Shown: positions 51,447 through 64,000 of the stretch, piece by piece
Layout of the letters: every line of letters starts with the position of its first letter
Numbering within the stretch: the first letter of the stretch is position 1
Assembly: GCA_050575255.1 (NCBI GenBank)
Contig: JBNZDD010013689.1
Coordinates: 2,026,031-2,090,030 of the forward strand
Length of the DNA stretch: 64,000 nt
Reading direction: 5' to 3'
Source of the DNA: Harriotta raleighana
Lineage: Eukaryota
Notes under the pieces: generated by a model
The model's database searches: none
The model's input: the letters and a program-made list of their open reading frames with translations, nothing else
Told to the model about the DNA's origin: nothing
Translations under genes and position numbers: made by a program

Positions 51447-51830
51447 CTAGAAACACATAGCAAATCTTAAACAGCTGTAACATTGCTCTATCTGTTTGTC
51501 CAAAGTCAGTCTATAGTGCATATCTCGACTGGCTAACAAAACAGCACCTCACACAACCTTGTGTTAATTAACACAAAATAATCTGTTTAACTAGTGATGA
51601 TTTGGGGCCTTAAACGCAATCAAAAAATGGCTGTCTTTTGGGTTGTTAGATCCTTCCCGACATAACGTCTCGTGTATTGGTTTCATGCATAGGAGCCATT
51701 GCTAACATCTCCGGAGAGAGAGCTCACTTTTTCCGAGCTGGAAAGCGCCTTTGTACCCAAAGATGAAAAGATCAAAGTTATGCTAATCCTCTCATGCCTC
51801 TCCCACCCTCCCGCACCTTCTCCCACTTAC

Positions 51831-51986
51831 ACTCTGTCGGCTCTTTCTGTGTGATGTTGTACTGAGCGGAGAAGCCATCCTTAGCGACTGCCATGTCCGT
51901 GTGGAAATTGAGGGACAGGATTCCTGTGCTGGAGTGGATCACGGGCAAGATCGTCACACCACAATATCGTCCAATCAGGGGGCCAA
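51831..51986 (-). CDS. NRP2: Neuropilin-2 exon 5 (CUB2 C-terminal part)
   Basis: gcag|TT and T|gtaag junctions; 156 nt; hand translation GPLIGRYCGVTILPVIHSSTGILSLNFHTDMAVAKDGFSAQYNITQKEPTE (this frame is not in the ORF track). Confidence 0.95.
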
Positions 51987-52858
51987 CTGCTCAACAAATT
52001 GCAGAGAGATAAATCAGTGAGACTGGTGCCAGTTGTAACAGTTTCCAAAACATGCGCCCCCGAATCCTTCCAACCCTCCACAATGCTGCCGGAACGTGTT
52101 CCCCAAAAATTCCACCTAGTTCTTAAGCCTGTAAGACTAGCCACCTGGCCAGATTGCATAGAATTGAGGAAAATTCTGTTCAAAAGAGTCAAATCATCAA
52201 TTGACAAATGGTTTTCCAAAGCTCTGAAAAAAGAATCGATTACAGGGAGTAAAGTTGTAGGGAGTAAAGTACACAATCTTAAAAGCTCAAGGCAAAATGA
52301 TCCTACATGCTAAGACCTGTCAAATTTTGAGTTCTGGATTCTCTGGCTCAGAAGCTCAGAGTAAACAAGTGGATCAGTGCTTCCCACACCACAGAACACA
52401 GGAAAGGTCTCCGTACCCGAACTCATTGACCAACTTTATCCTGGAGCAACGAGCAACTATTACAAAGCGAGACTGAATTATGAATTAACACTTTGATAGT
52501 GTTTTATTTTCTCCACTTCGCCCTTTATAATAATAATAATAATAATCCTTGCATTGGACATGGTGCATTTCATGTTGGGGGGCCTCTCGAAGTGCCTCAC
52601 AGCCTATCCTGCAAAGTGTAATAACTACGTTACTTGTAAGTGAGTGGAACCTTGCTAACCCCCAGCTGAAGAGACAAGCCAATTTCAGCCACAACAAAGA
52701 GCTCGACACTAAAAGCCACTGGGTTGGTAGGTCAGAGGTCACTGAATTACGACCAGAGTTAAATACTAACGGAAGAAAATGAACAGAGTATTATTAGGTG
52801 CAACATTTGGTCCCATTTGGCCACCACAGACCTCGCAAATCTCCAAGGCAACACTTAC

Positions 52859-53089
52859 TCTGAGGGAGGCCATCCCAGACGTCCAGACGGTCATATCTGC
52901 AGTCTGTTGGCGCTAACTGCAGTGGGTCATACTCCAGGTCAAAGGTCAGCATCTTGAGGGTCACCTCTGACCTTGGCGGGGCAATAATGATGTAGGTGCA
53001 GTCCAGATTGTGAGGGTATTTGTCAGGAAACCCTGGAGACTTGATGGTACCAAATGAGCCAGTGAAGTTCATGGAGCAATCTTCAGACC
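52859..53089 (-). CDS. NRP2: Neuropilin-2 exon 4 (CUB2/a2)
   Basis: gcag|GG and A|gtaag junctions; 231 nt; GSEDCSMNFTGSFGTIKSPGFPDKYPHNLDCTYIIIAPP...DCRYDRLDVWDGLPQ. Confidence 0.96.
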
Positions 53090-55219
53090 CTGCGGCATAC
53101 AATAGAAATCAAGTCAGAATTTCGTTGTGATCAACTCAGAGGGTATGAACCACGATACTTCCCCAGAGGAAGAAGCCTTTCACACTCTTAACTGTCTCAG
53201 TCAGTCCTGCCCAACCCCAAAGAACAATAGGACATTGTGCCCATCGCTATGCAGGTCTTCTCTGAGCAGTTGATGTACAAAGACACTCTTTGCACTCCAT
53301 GATCCATTGCTCTGGATGTTGTTGGGATTTCCCATTCAAACTTGGCATAAAACCATCAACTTCTCCCTGAAACTTGTGCACGACTTTTAATTCAGCTGAA
53401 TTCTGATTATTTACTTGTTGTTAGGGATGTAGGCATAAATAATAACAAGACCATTTCCTTACATTTGATACTCCAGGATCCTCCAAGTTACTACCCTTGT
53501 GTAACGCACGGAATAGTCAGCCCATCAGACGCCAGGCTGGTGTTCAATATCCCCATTCACACATGGTAAATAAATCATTCTGTCTAAACTAGCCTCCTGC
53601 TCACATGTATCTCGCAGCCACATTGATACATCTGTCGTACAGTCTCCAATATCACTGTCACTGACTCGTGTAAGTGTCTTGAGGATTGTCGCATGAAAAT
53701 CCAGTTGCAAATGCAATAAACACCGGCTTAGACTTGGGTGTTAGGAGACGTAACACGATCCCCAGAAGTTCCAATGGCTTTCGAAACCTGCTAAAGTTCC
53801 CAGCTCAAGTCTTTACACCATTTGGCAAATGCTCCCGACTGCAGTAATGCTCTGACCTCATCGGCCGGCAAGTCATTCCTCATCATTTTAGAGGCGTGAA
53901 GCCGTCCGATACTCACGCTCGGTTCCACAGTTGTGCTTATTCATCCAATACTGAAACTGAAAATGGACTCATTGCTATTACACTCGCATCCCTAGGCCAA
54001 GTGACTCCTCCAAGCCCTAACTACGCTGGTTATAACAGCATTCAATATTTAGTTAGATCATGTTGAGAGTCAAAAGGAACCCAAAAGGAAATTATTAAAG
54101 ATAAAATCAAAAGGAATTCCACTGCCTGTTTCTTTGTCGTTCAATAAGAGTTGGAACTCAGAAAAATCCTGTTGCTCCTGCAGGATGAAAGGGTGGCTAG
54201 AGTTAGCCAATGGGTCGAGTTACAAGCCCACGTTTGAAAGTTACAAGGAGCTCCAGTGGTTCACACGAGGGTGATGTCTGGAGTGTGCTGGTTTGCTTTG
54301 CTGCAGCTTTAAATACAGTATGGAATAAACATCTTAATATTTCTGGCCTTCTCCCAGTCGGCGAAGCCTAAACACAGAAATGGCCAGTGCTGTGTCAGGT
54401 GGGTCACAAATCATCCAGCGCCCTTTCAAACCTCACTTTCTCTTAATAAATAAACACAGGCTCAATTCCAGGCTCGGCTTCCAACAATTAAACAAATAAA
54501 TGGCGAGGAACACTCAGTGATCTGTAAACTCTGCGAGCCACTTCAGTCCGCTGTTGTGACTCAACACAAGAGCTCAAAAAGCACAGCTTTCCGAGGGAGG
54601 CACCGTTTGTCTCTGGCTCTGGGAAACACAGACAGACTTTCACATCGGGTAAAATCTAGCTAGCGATGGTTTTTCTTTTTCTGTCGTGCATCCAGCAGCT
54701 CATCCTGCCCTCAGCTCCCTCCTCCTCATCCCTACTGCCTCATGCAAGATTTACTGCTCAAGAAGCAGTGTACTGACTTGGAAGTGACAACACACAACCA
54801 ACCGATAGAAGGGTAATGCAGTTTCATGCCTGTAAAGTACTGCAAGTGGCCATCAGAGGCTGTTCAGTGCTCGGAGATTCCCACCTCTATACATCACTAA
54901 CAGCTTGTGATTGATATCACTGAATAACCCACGGGGTCTCAGTCCTCTTCTCCCACCCCCCATCCCAACGCAGCTCCAGCCTTCGCCACCCCATCTGACA
55001 CCATCCCTCCCCCAGTGACCTCCAGCATGTTGATAAGATCCGTATTATGGCTCGTTACATCTTTGGGACACGTCATTGAACATGTGCTGGGAGAGGGTAT
55101 ATCATAATACGCCTTGCATTTGATCAGAGCGCCTCATCACATGATTGAGACCCCTCAAAGTGGTTCACAGTACACATTGTAAAGTGCAGTGAGTGGTGTA
55201 TTTTGGGTGGGACACTAAC

Positions 55220-55401
55220 CTGTGCGGTAAATCTCATATCGCAGGGAGAAGCCCGCCCCCTGGTGAGCATAGTCAGACACAAACTTGATGTAGAGCATGG
55301 GGCCTGAGGAGATGATAGAAGATGGGGCGATGCTGCCACAGTGTTTGCCCAGCAAGTCCGCGCTTATCCCTTCTCCATCCCGGATTTCAATGAAGTCATA
55401 C
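55220..55401 (-). CDS. NRP2: Neuropilin-2 exon 3 (CUB1 C-terminal half)
   Basis: ctcag|G and G|gttag junctions; 182 nt; YDFIEIRDGEGISADLLGKHCGSIAPSSIISSGPMLYIKFVSDYAHQGAGFSLRYEIYRT; phase continuous with exon 2. Confidence 0.96.
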
Positions 55402-56777
55402 CTGAGGCAGAACAGCGAGGATCGAGTAAGACAACAAAACATTCGAGACAATTCATTGCATTGGCTTATTCCCCACCCCACCCCCCCCGCCGACTCCCTG
55501 GTAAACATCGTCCCTTTCTGTGCATTTAGGAACACATTCAATCACGAGTCATTTCCTTCCACAGCCTTTCCTTCCCACGTCTCAGATAATAAAGTCAGCA
55601 TCTGGAGTAATACAGAATCAGACAGAGCGTGCAAATGTCAGGTTTGATTACAGCTCTGTGCTGGGTTCTCTGATCTCATGCTGACCAGAGGTGGGCAGCT
55701 ACAAATGAACTCATCGCCCCCCACCCCACCACAGAATGAGTTTGCGCCCGTCTGTATTGTTTGTCTGTGTGCTGACATGTGTACCTGTTTGTGTTATGTT
55801 TGTGTACCTGTCCGTCAGTGTGTCTGCTGTCCATCTTGTAACTGTCATATGCTTGCGTGTTCATCTTGTACCTGGTTGTGTGTGTGTGTGTGTGAGTGAG
55901 TGAGGGAGAGAGAGAGAGGGTGGGTGGGTGGGTGGAGAGGAGAGGAAATGACTTGAGATCAATTTATTGCCACCCTTATATGAATGCACTAACCTAACTC
56001 ACCTAGCTCAAACATAAAGCTGCTTGGGCAAATAACCAGAGGGCAGCTGGCATCTGTACCACAGTACAAGGCAGCAACTTCGGAGGGGAGAAAATTTGAA
56101 AAGAAAAAATAACACATCTCTTTTCCACAAAATAATAACTGATGGGTATTTCACAGGAGCACGTTTCAAATTCAAACTGCTTCACTGTGTGTCTGAAGGT
56201 AATTACTGCCCTGGTGAAACACCAACGGAGCACATTCACCTGTGCTGTTGGGGGAATAGGGGACAGGCAGTCCATGGTAAGTCAAGCCTTTTTAATCTGC
56301 TCAGTGTTGGATTAGAACAATGAACATTAATTCCATGCCATGTCTGTACTCCCAAGGCCTGGGGGCTTAGCGGGAGCTGTCTCCGCAGATGGCGGTCTCC
56401 AGTGTAAATGTGCCACGTGATGACATTTACACTGAGTGGTTAATGACCCCCGATATCATTACTCGGTTTGAGTAAAAAAATATCCAGCAGCTCCCAGCGT
56501 ACACAGTGCAACATTAATAAAACTGTTTTTTCCTTTTAAAAGACAGCGAGGGCTTGTTTGTTCCTTCACACGAAGTGTCAGGTTGCTTTTAGGCTACGAC
56601 GTGCAACAAGACTCTGGTGCCCTCTCCACAGGAGATGTAACTGTCTCAGCTCTTGAGGATTGGAAACCCCCCCCCCTCCTCCCCTCCGCCCACAGGGAGA
56701 GACGCTCAATGACTTGGTCACCTCCTATCAGATGTAACTGTGTGGTATGAGTCTGTGACGGCCTCACCGACCTGTCA

Positions 56778-57078
56778 GTAATAATAATCCTGGCATTTGA
56801 TATAGTGCATTTCACATCTTATCGCCTTCTCAAAGTGCTTCACAGATTATATTGTAAAGTGAATTGACTGTATATTTGTGGACGAAATGTGGCAGCCAAT
56901 TGCACACAGCAGCGTCCCACAAACCGTCGTGGATTGAAAATGATCAATCTTATTATTGTGTTTCTTTTGGCGGGATTATTATTAGGGGTGTGGGTGGAGT
57001 AAGGAAACTTGCCCAAGGTTTCGCCATGACCTGCCTGGATTCGAACACAGATGTCACGCTTGTAAGGCCAGTGCTCTA
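56778..57078 (-). mobile_element. tRNA-derived SINE
   Basis: Reverse complement of the same head, body and (TAT)n tail. Confidence 0.8.
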
Positions 57079-57428
57079 ATGTACAAAAGGAGGGAGGGAG
57101 GGAGTAAAACAAATAAGAGGAACAAAAGGATGAAGAACAAATGTGTGATCATTGTCATTGAGGAGGATTTCGGAACTTTCGAATAAACAAGAACAACAAC
57201 AAATTATATTTGTAAAGTATCTTTCACATTGGGATGACATCCTATGTCACAGGACAGTCAAGGATTTTCCTGTGCTGGGGGTTGGGATCAGTAGAGGGTG
57301 GAGGGCAGGGAGGATGGGGTTAGGAGGGTGACCCAAGGCACGTTTTAAGAGGATGGTCTTGAGTTGTGCCTTGAAGGAGGAGGGGGTGAAGTGAAGAGAT
57401 CGAATCGAAGCGGATCGAATGGTTTTGN

Positions 57429-57459
<31 letters not shown>

Positions 57460-58234
57460 AGCTCGATCTTTTGCTTCAACACCCTACAGAAATTAGATGG
57501 AAGCAAGCGACTGGATTTAGACATCGAGGGATAACTGAACTATACAGCACGAGTTTAAAAATAACCACAATAGTCACGGCAACTGCTGAAACACCTTGCC
57601 ACGTCATTCAAGTCTAACCCCTTCACAGGATATACTGTAAATGAAAAGACCTCAAGTGGAAACGGTGATCAGAAGAGCCTACTCTTTGAATGGTAGAAAC
57701 AAAAGCAACTAATGAAATGCCGAATTCGTTAACGCCTTAAAACAAAAGTCTGTGTACTTAAGCCTGCCAGGCTCGGCATGCTCAGTGTGTTATAACCTAG
57801 GCGCGTTAATGTGTGCACATCATTTAAAAGCAAAACTCGTCCGTCCAATTACACAAGCTCAGCCCAGCAGCCAGGCTTCTTTGGGTCACCTGCAGACCTG
57901 CACCTCTCAACAGGCTCATTATTCCCATGTAAAACCTGATCTTTCCCCCGCTCACTCTCTGCTGCTCCCTCAGTCAGGTCAGGTCGTCAAACAGACAATT
58001 AAAAGTACAAACATTTGCAAATTGGAACTTTTTTATTTCAAGAATCTTATCCGCAAGTCACACTCTCTGTGAAACACAGTAAACTCCTGTTAACTAGTCA
58101 CTCCCAAGGGGAAAGGGATCAGCGACGAGATATTCAGAGTGGCGATTTAGGCATACGTATAAATATCTAACCAAATGGGGCAGAGATATTAATTTAAGTA
58201 GCAGTGACAAGATAATAATAATACTAATTAAAAA

Positions 58235-58583
58235 TAATAATACTTGCATTTGAAATGGTGGCTTACCACATCATTGAGACATCTCAAGGCGTTTCGCAGA
58301 ATATATAATAAAATGGATTGACTGTATATATTGTGGGTGAAACATGGCAGCCAACTGTGCACATCAGGGTCTCACAAACAGTCTTGGATTGATTGACCAA
58401 ATTAAGTTTCATTCTTTTGGAGGGATTATTACAGCCGGCAAACGATCCACCATCACCTAACAACTGGATTCCTACTTATTGCTAAGTAAATAGAGGCATG
58501 TGGAGTAAGGAAACCTTTGGGTTTCACGCCTGGGTGCCTCTTGCTTGTGAGGCAAGCATGCTAACCACTGAGCTACAGGATTC
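58235..58583 (-). mobile_element. tRNA-derived SINE with a short internal insertion
   Basis: Head ctaaccactgagctacagga (reverse), body and tail; about 60 nt unrelated insert near 58432-58492. Confidence 0.7.
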
Positions 58584-61019
58584 TACATTTGAGTTATCAG
58601 GAGTATACTTTAGTAATTTATTAGGGCTGGATGAGTCGGGTTCAGGTCCAGAGGTGACTGCAGGCAAACACAGGAATTTACGTGTATCCCACAAGTATTG
58701 ATTTGTAACGGCTGATAATAATCTTTAAATTTGATATAGCACCTTTTCGTGTCATCAGAGAGACCTCAAAAATGTAGGGAAGCACAGCAGCCAATTTTCA
58801 CACAGCAACGTTTCACAAAGAGCCATGAAATGAATGGCTAATTTGCTCCGGGGGTTTGTTGGCCAGGACACCTGGAGCAACTCCCTTCTCTTTTCCGAGT
58901 CGTGCCACGAGATCTTTAATGAGATGTCCATCTGTTACAGACAGATGCAACCTCGAATCGAAAGAACATCTGAAGGCTGGCCCCTCTCTTGACAACGCAG
59001 CTCTCCCCCAACACTGCACTGGAGTGTCCTCTTAGGCCAGGGATCTCCAACCGATCGATCACCACGAGGTGGCTCTTTTCCCCCCCTCCCCCTGATCAAA
59101 AACACACACGGGAGTCAAATTGCAAACCACGTCTCGGACGCACTTAAGTATCTTATGCACTGTGGCAAAAGAAATATTAACTGCAACGTTTAAACTGAAG
59201 TAAATATCACTCCTGCCTCTCGGTTTTGATTTGAACATGTGCGAGGTGACACCAAACGGCAATCGACCAGGTGGACACTTGGTCTGGAGACTATGGGAGC
59301 TCAACTTGGGGGCTAGAACCTAGAACCTACTGGCTCAAGAGGCAAGAGTACTCCAACCGCACCAGGCTGACACCTGATTGAGGAGATGGTTAGCAGTTAC
59401 CAGGGGCCCAAGGACTCTGGCTGAAGGCAACAACAAGGTCTAACCCTACCCGGTGCACAAGGTCACGTTCAGCATCCCAGAGATGGGCTCTGCCTCCATC
59501 AGGGCGAGAGAGAGAGAGAGAGAGAGAAGCGATGTACTGAGACACAAGCCGAGGCAAAGGAGCCAAAAAGTGTAAGACGTCACATTATAAGCTACAGCAG
59601 TGCATCGCAGAACAGAACCAGCAGGTGCTTTCAGTAATAAATTAGCTACAGCTACACTGGCATACACAGCTCTGCACTATGACACCTTTTTGAAGTCATT
59701 AGCAATTGTCACGGTTTCACACCATCTCGCTCTTCTTCCTCCCCCTCCCCCCTCCCTCCCCCCACTACCTCCCCCCCAGGCTGTTGTAGCTGTTAAACCT
59801 CAGCTGTGGTGACAGCAGTGCGCTGAACCTCAAGCTAATCCTATGGCAGGCACGTGGAGCCACAGACACAGCCGAGTTTCCTCCGCTGAACTGACTGTAC
59901 GTCTCCAAGGCAACAGGTTTGCAGCCGGGCTGCTCCTTAGGAGCGGGTTGCGAAGGCGGTGAGTTCCCGTCTCTCAGGAGGGGACATTCAGGCATGGCAC
60001 AGAGAGTCAAGAAGATAACAAGAAAGGACATTAATCCCTCTACCATGCCTGTAAACTAACACAATCTAAACCAGCCATCCTCTCCATCAGCACCTTCAAA
60101 GTTCGTCTTAAGACCTTTCTTTTTGACTGTGATTTTGGTCACCTATCTTTGCCCCACATCCAGCCCAGGCTCCCGGGCAGCTCTGTGAAGCGCTTGTCGA
60201 GAGGTTCTCCATACATCAAAGGCGCTTTGTAAATACATAAGGTTCTTGTTGGTGTTGTGTGTGTGTGTGCATGTGTGGTGGTTGGGGGGGAATGAAGAAT
60301 GGGGGTGGGGGTTGCAAGATCTAGCTTTGATGTTCAGGTAGCAAAGATGCACTGTGTAAGAGGTTACAAACCCTTTTGACCACAGAAAGGTCACTTCCAC
60401 AAGAATTGTGCAGACACTTTGTCTCCTCAGGAACCTGCCTCACCTCCAACCCCCGCAGAGCACCAATTCTGGGTCTGTGGCTACAGCTTTTAACCTTATT
60501 TTTCAACCTTAACCCCCCTCAGATGACTTGCCCCCAAATGGAATCACTACTGAGGCGGTGCCCGCATCCATGTGTCTCTAAATTAAAGCCCACTTAGTTT
60601 ACGCTAAATTCTGACTTGCGCTGCAAAAGTATTCAGAGAGGTTGTTTTAGTTTGCTGACCGCCAGCATCGAAAACAGCAAGGAGCGGAGGCCGGGAGATG
60701 GGCTCGGAAATAATCATGGGATTTCGATTCCCCCCCCCCACCAACCCTTCCTTTGCTTCTGTTAAAGAGACGTTCAAAATAAATAAGTCAGAGAACAGCT
60801 GGGTTAATTTCAAGCACATTTTAGGAATCCAGGACTGTACACCAGCAGAGAAAAAAAAGAGAGAGACCACGCTCTGTCCCAAATGAGCACGCCATCAGGC
60901 AAGCCATTACACAGCAGTAAGCAGGAGTGTTGTAAAGTGTCTGAGACCAGAAGATGTTATGAGCTTTCAGACCGATGGTCCTGGGTATGTGATCCCCTCA
61001 AGGGTGTAATTGCACATCC

Positions 61020-61038
61020 TGGCCAGTAGAGGGCAAAC
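61020..61038 (+). promoter_or_regulatory. Candidate CTCF site
   Basis: TGGCCAGTAGAGGGCAAA matches the CTCF core consensus, preceded by an upstream-module-like GTGTAATTGC. Confidence 0.45.
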
Positions 61039-63265
61039 ACAACCGATGTTAAAAGACTCCAGTAAAGTGAATAATCATTGCGTTTGATCCAGCTCCTAAT
61101 CACGTCGTCGAGACGTTTCATAGTCCTTCACGCCATGTGCTGTAGTAACTGTGTATTTGTAATAATAAACAATGAGCATTTAATCTAGAGCATTCTTATC
61201 CGAAGCGCTCCCGAGACGGCGTCCGGCGTGGAGGGCGCGATATGAAACGAAGTTGTCGTTGAAGTAGTTGTTGTTGTTGTTATTGCATCGTCAAAGACAC
61301 CCCAAGGTTGACTGGTGTGGGCGTGGGCAAACAACAGCAGCCAATTTGCGTGCAGCAAATAAAAGTTACAGAAACTGCCACAAAGTGAATGATCAATTTT
61401 GTCTGGGGGAATTGTTGGAAAGGATTCCGGGACGAGCTCCCATGTTTTCGAGTGTTGCTGCAGGATGTTTAATATCCACCTAAACAGTCAGAAGGGACCT
61501 TGGAATAATGTTTCATCCGAAGGATGGCATGCGATGAGAGGGAGAGGCCCATGGATGTTTTGCCAACATTTTATTGAAACAGAAATACATTTACTTTCCA
61601 TCAAGTGAAGTCTGCTTGGGGGAGGGGGGGCGGGTGGGGGGCACGGGGNNNNNNNNNNNNNNNNGGGGGGGGGGGGGGGGGGGGGGGGGGGAGAGGGAGA
61701 GAACGAATTTAAGTGTTTTTCAGGCTGTGAGTACAAGCAGTACATTTCCTGTCTCGGACTGAGTCCAGCAGTTACTGTGTGTAAAGGTGATTTGGGAGAA
61801 ACTGTTTGTTAAAGAAAGAGACGGGAAGGTTAAGGGGGAGTGTGTGTGTGTGGGGGGGGGCGGCGGCGGGGAGGGGGGGTGGGGGAGATTTTCTCTGCTG
61901 GTTCCTTCTCTGCACAACATGAAGGATCAAGATTGCAATTTGTTCCTTCTGCCCAGCTATACATATACCTGCTCAGAAAACGCTGCTCGCACCTAAGTCA
62001 CAGAATCAAAGAGGAATCTTTGGGGCTTGGCGAGTCTTGTATACAAGTTTTTTTAATTGAAAACTCTTGTAAAGTCTGTAAACTCTGACCGGTCTTAAAA
62101 GCACAGTCTGCAGTAAATCCTATCATGAACTCGGGAGGTGTCCTCCTCATATGAAAGGCTCCATATCAAATGTAAGGATTATTATATTCAAATGGTAATT
62201 ATGCTCTACAAACTACAGCAGTCAGGGGCTCAAATCATCTCTTGCTAACTTTTCTCTTGATCGCATGTCTACAAGATACAGTCGCTACATTTCACACTTT
62301 TGAGACGTCCTCCCCACACAAAAGGCGCGATATCTGATGCAAATATTATCGAAAGAATGATCTTACTATTCATGGATTTCGACTTAACACTCGCCTCTAA
62401 CCCTAAGCAAGTGTCTGTATTCTTGCTGAAGACACCTCGGTGAGGTGCGAGAGAGCTTGTGAATTAGCAAGTGCGACCCAGCTATTAATANTTCGACTTA
62501 ACACTCGCCTCTAACCCTAAGCAAGTGTCTGTATTCTTGCTAAAGACACCTCGGTGAGGTGCGAGAGAGCTTGTGAATTAGCAAGTGCGGCCCAGCTATT
62601 AATGCTAAGTGCTTTGGGACGTCTTCCCGGGATGAAAAACTACATCCTCTGGAAGTGTGGGTTTGTATCCTACTCCTGACACTGTATTTTCCAGCACGTT
62701 AGGACGTCCTCCTGATGTGAAGGGTGCTATAGACATGTGATTTTGTTATTATTTTGTTGTGTATAAATGTAAATATACAGTACTTTGCAACTATCTGAGC
62801 TGAGCTACTGCCTCAAAGAGAGAAAAAAGGATTTCCTTCCCCCTTTACTGCCAGGGTGGGAGTGAAACTGAGCTGTACAGACATGTCCCAGATTCAATCA
62901 CTCATTTGCACTACATTGATCAAGTTTCAGTGTGGGTGATACTCTACATGTTATAGGGTCTCAAGTCAGGGTTCCCAGGGTCCCCATCATTCTCCAGCCT
63001 AAGGCCAGCGTAGGAGAGAGTCATGCCTGGTTGGGAATAGTCAATTGGATGAGATGCCTATCGGGGTGCTCGACATCCACAGAGCTGCAGCGTAACAAAT
63101 GCCAGCGGCTTTAGATTCGAGGAGAGTAGAAGATGCGTGAGGCGGGGTGGGGTGAAGGGGGAAGGGGGGTGGCGGGAAAGAATACACACACAATGCATAT
63201 ACCATTTAAGTACCCGTGAATACAGCACAACTCAAATCAGACCCCAACATATCTGTGTCTCCTAC

Positions 63266-63446
63266 CTGCAGTCATACTTTTCTAGTTCAAAATGTGGGTT
63301 GAAGTTCAGCAAGATCCTCTGGTTGGCTTCGGGAGCGTAAATGACCCAATCACACCGCTGGTGTTCGCTGTAATCCTGCGGGTATCCGGGGGACGTGATG
63401 TATCCGGCCACTTTGGCATTTAAACGCGCCCCGCATGTCTCTCCAG
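63266..63446 (-). CDS. NRP2: Neuropilin-2 exon 2 (CUB1/a1 N-terminal half); exon 1 lies outside the window
   Basis: ttttacag|CT acceptor and AG|gtagg donor; 181 nt encoding GETCGARLNAKVAGYITSPGYPQDYSEHQRCDWVIYAPEANQRILLNFNPHFELEKYDC, a typical neuropilin CUB1 sequence. Confidence 0.95.
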
Positions 63447-64000
63447 CTGTAAAAGAAACAACAGTCAATACTCTCCGCTGAGAAAGGCTCGGACTGAAGC
63501 TCACCCTTAGTCACAATAGGAAAAAATTTAGAGTAAATGGGGAGAGATGGAAAGTGCGATTCATCATTTTAAAACATGGTGATTTAGGAGACAACGTTGA
63601 GTGTCTAAAAGCAGGCGTGGGATCATAGCAACTGAATGCTGCATTGCACAGACTGGGTGCTAGTACTGGGGCTGCATTGTGAAGGGATGCCTTTGGATGA
63701 GACGTTCAACTGAGGTTCTGCCTGTCGTTCAGGGTGCATGTTACAGATGCCGCAGCATTAATCGAAAAACAATGGGAGCAAATTGGCTGCTGCGTTCACC
63801 TTAAAAAAAACCCAGTAACTACACTATTAAGTGTTTCGAGACATCATGGTGATCTAATAAGCCGCTATGTTAAATACAAGGATTACTTAAAACAGATATA
63901 ACTTCAGCAAATGACAATAACAATGGAGAGGGTTATGCGATTCCTTCAAGTTCCGCAGCCAGGGACAGCTCAAAGCCTGGTAATCCACCCGAGGACATGT

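Noticed and set aside
57429-57458. Poly-G runs here and at about 61619-61690 as G-quadruplex elements
   Set aside because: Adjacent to N bases or gaps, so lengths are unreliable; no functional evidence
10771-63446. Assignment of the gene as NRP1
   Set aside because: Despite some NRP1-like b1 residues, the DPILVTIIAMSSLGVLLG...CCSEA tail, the b-type terminal exon and the PISA micro-exon are NRP2 features

Overview
Vertebrate genomic DNA, probably from a cartilaginous fish (inferred from HER1/HE1-like CR1 tails and Deu-domain SINEs; a chimaera such as Callorhinchus is plausible but unproven). The window holds almost the whole neuropilin-2 (NRP2) gene on the minus strand. Coding exons 2-17 (CUB1, CUB2, F5/8 b1, b2, linker, MAM, TM/cytoplasmic) were traced by hand with GT-AG junctions and consistent phases; exon 1 lies beyond base 64000. 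Both mutually exclusive 3' ends are present: the NRP2b terminal exon (23983-24263) and the NRP2a terminal exon ending in the PDZ-binding SEA motif (10771-11096). Introns are filled with tRNA-head SINEs, Deu-type and LF-SINE-like SINEs, L2 and CR1 LINE 3' fragments, microsatellites and several N-flanked assembly duplications. The most unexpected signal is in intron 11 (about 31400-32080, same strand): a TATA box, an ATG and four small exon-like segments. The last is an open 186-nt phase-1/1 exon encoding a di-cysteine repeat module resembling galaxin/IGFL/usherin-type repeats. It may be a nested, possibly frameshifted small gene or a novel NRP2 cassette exon. Human comparisons and repeat family names are recalled, not computed.
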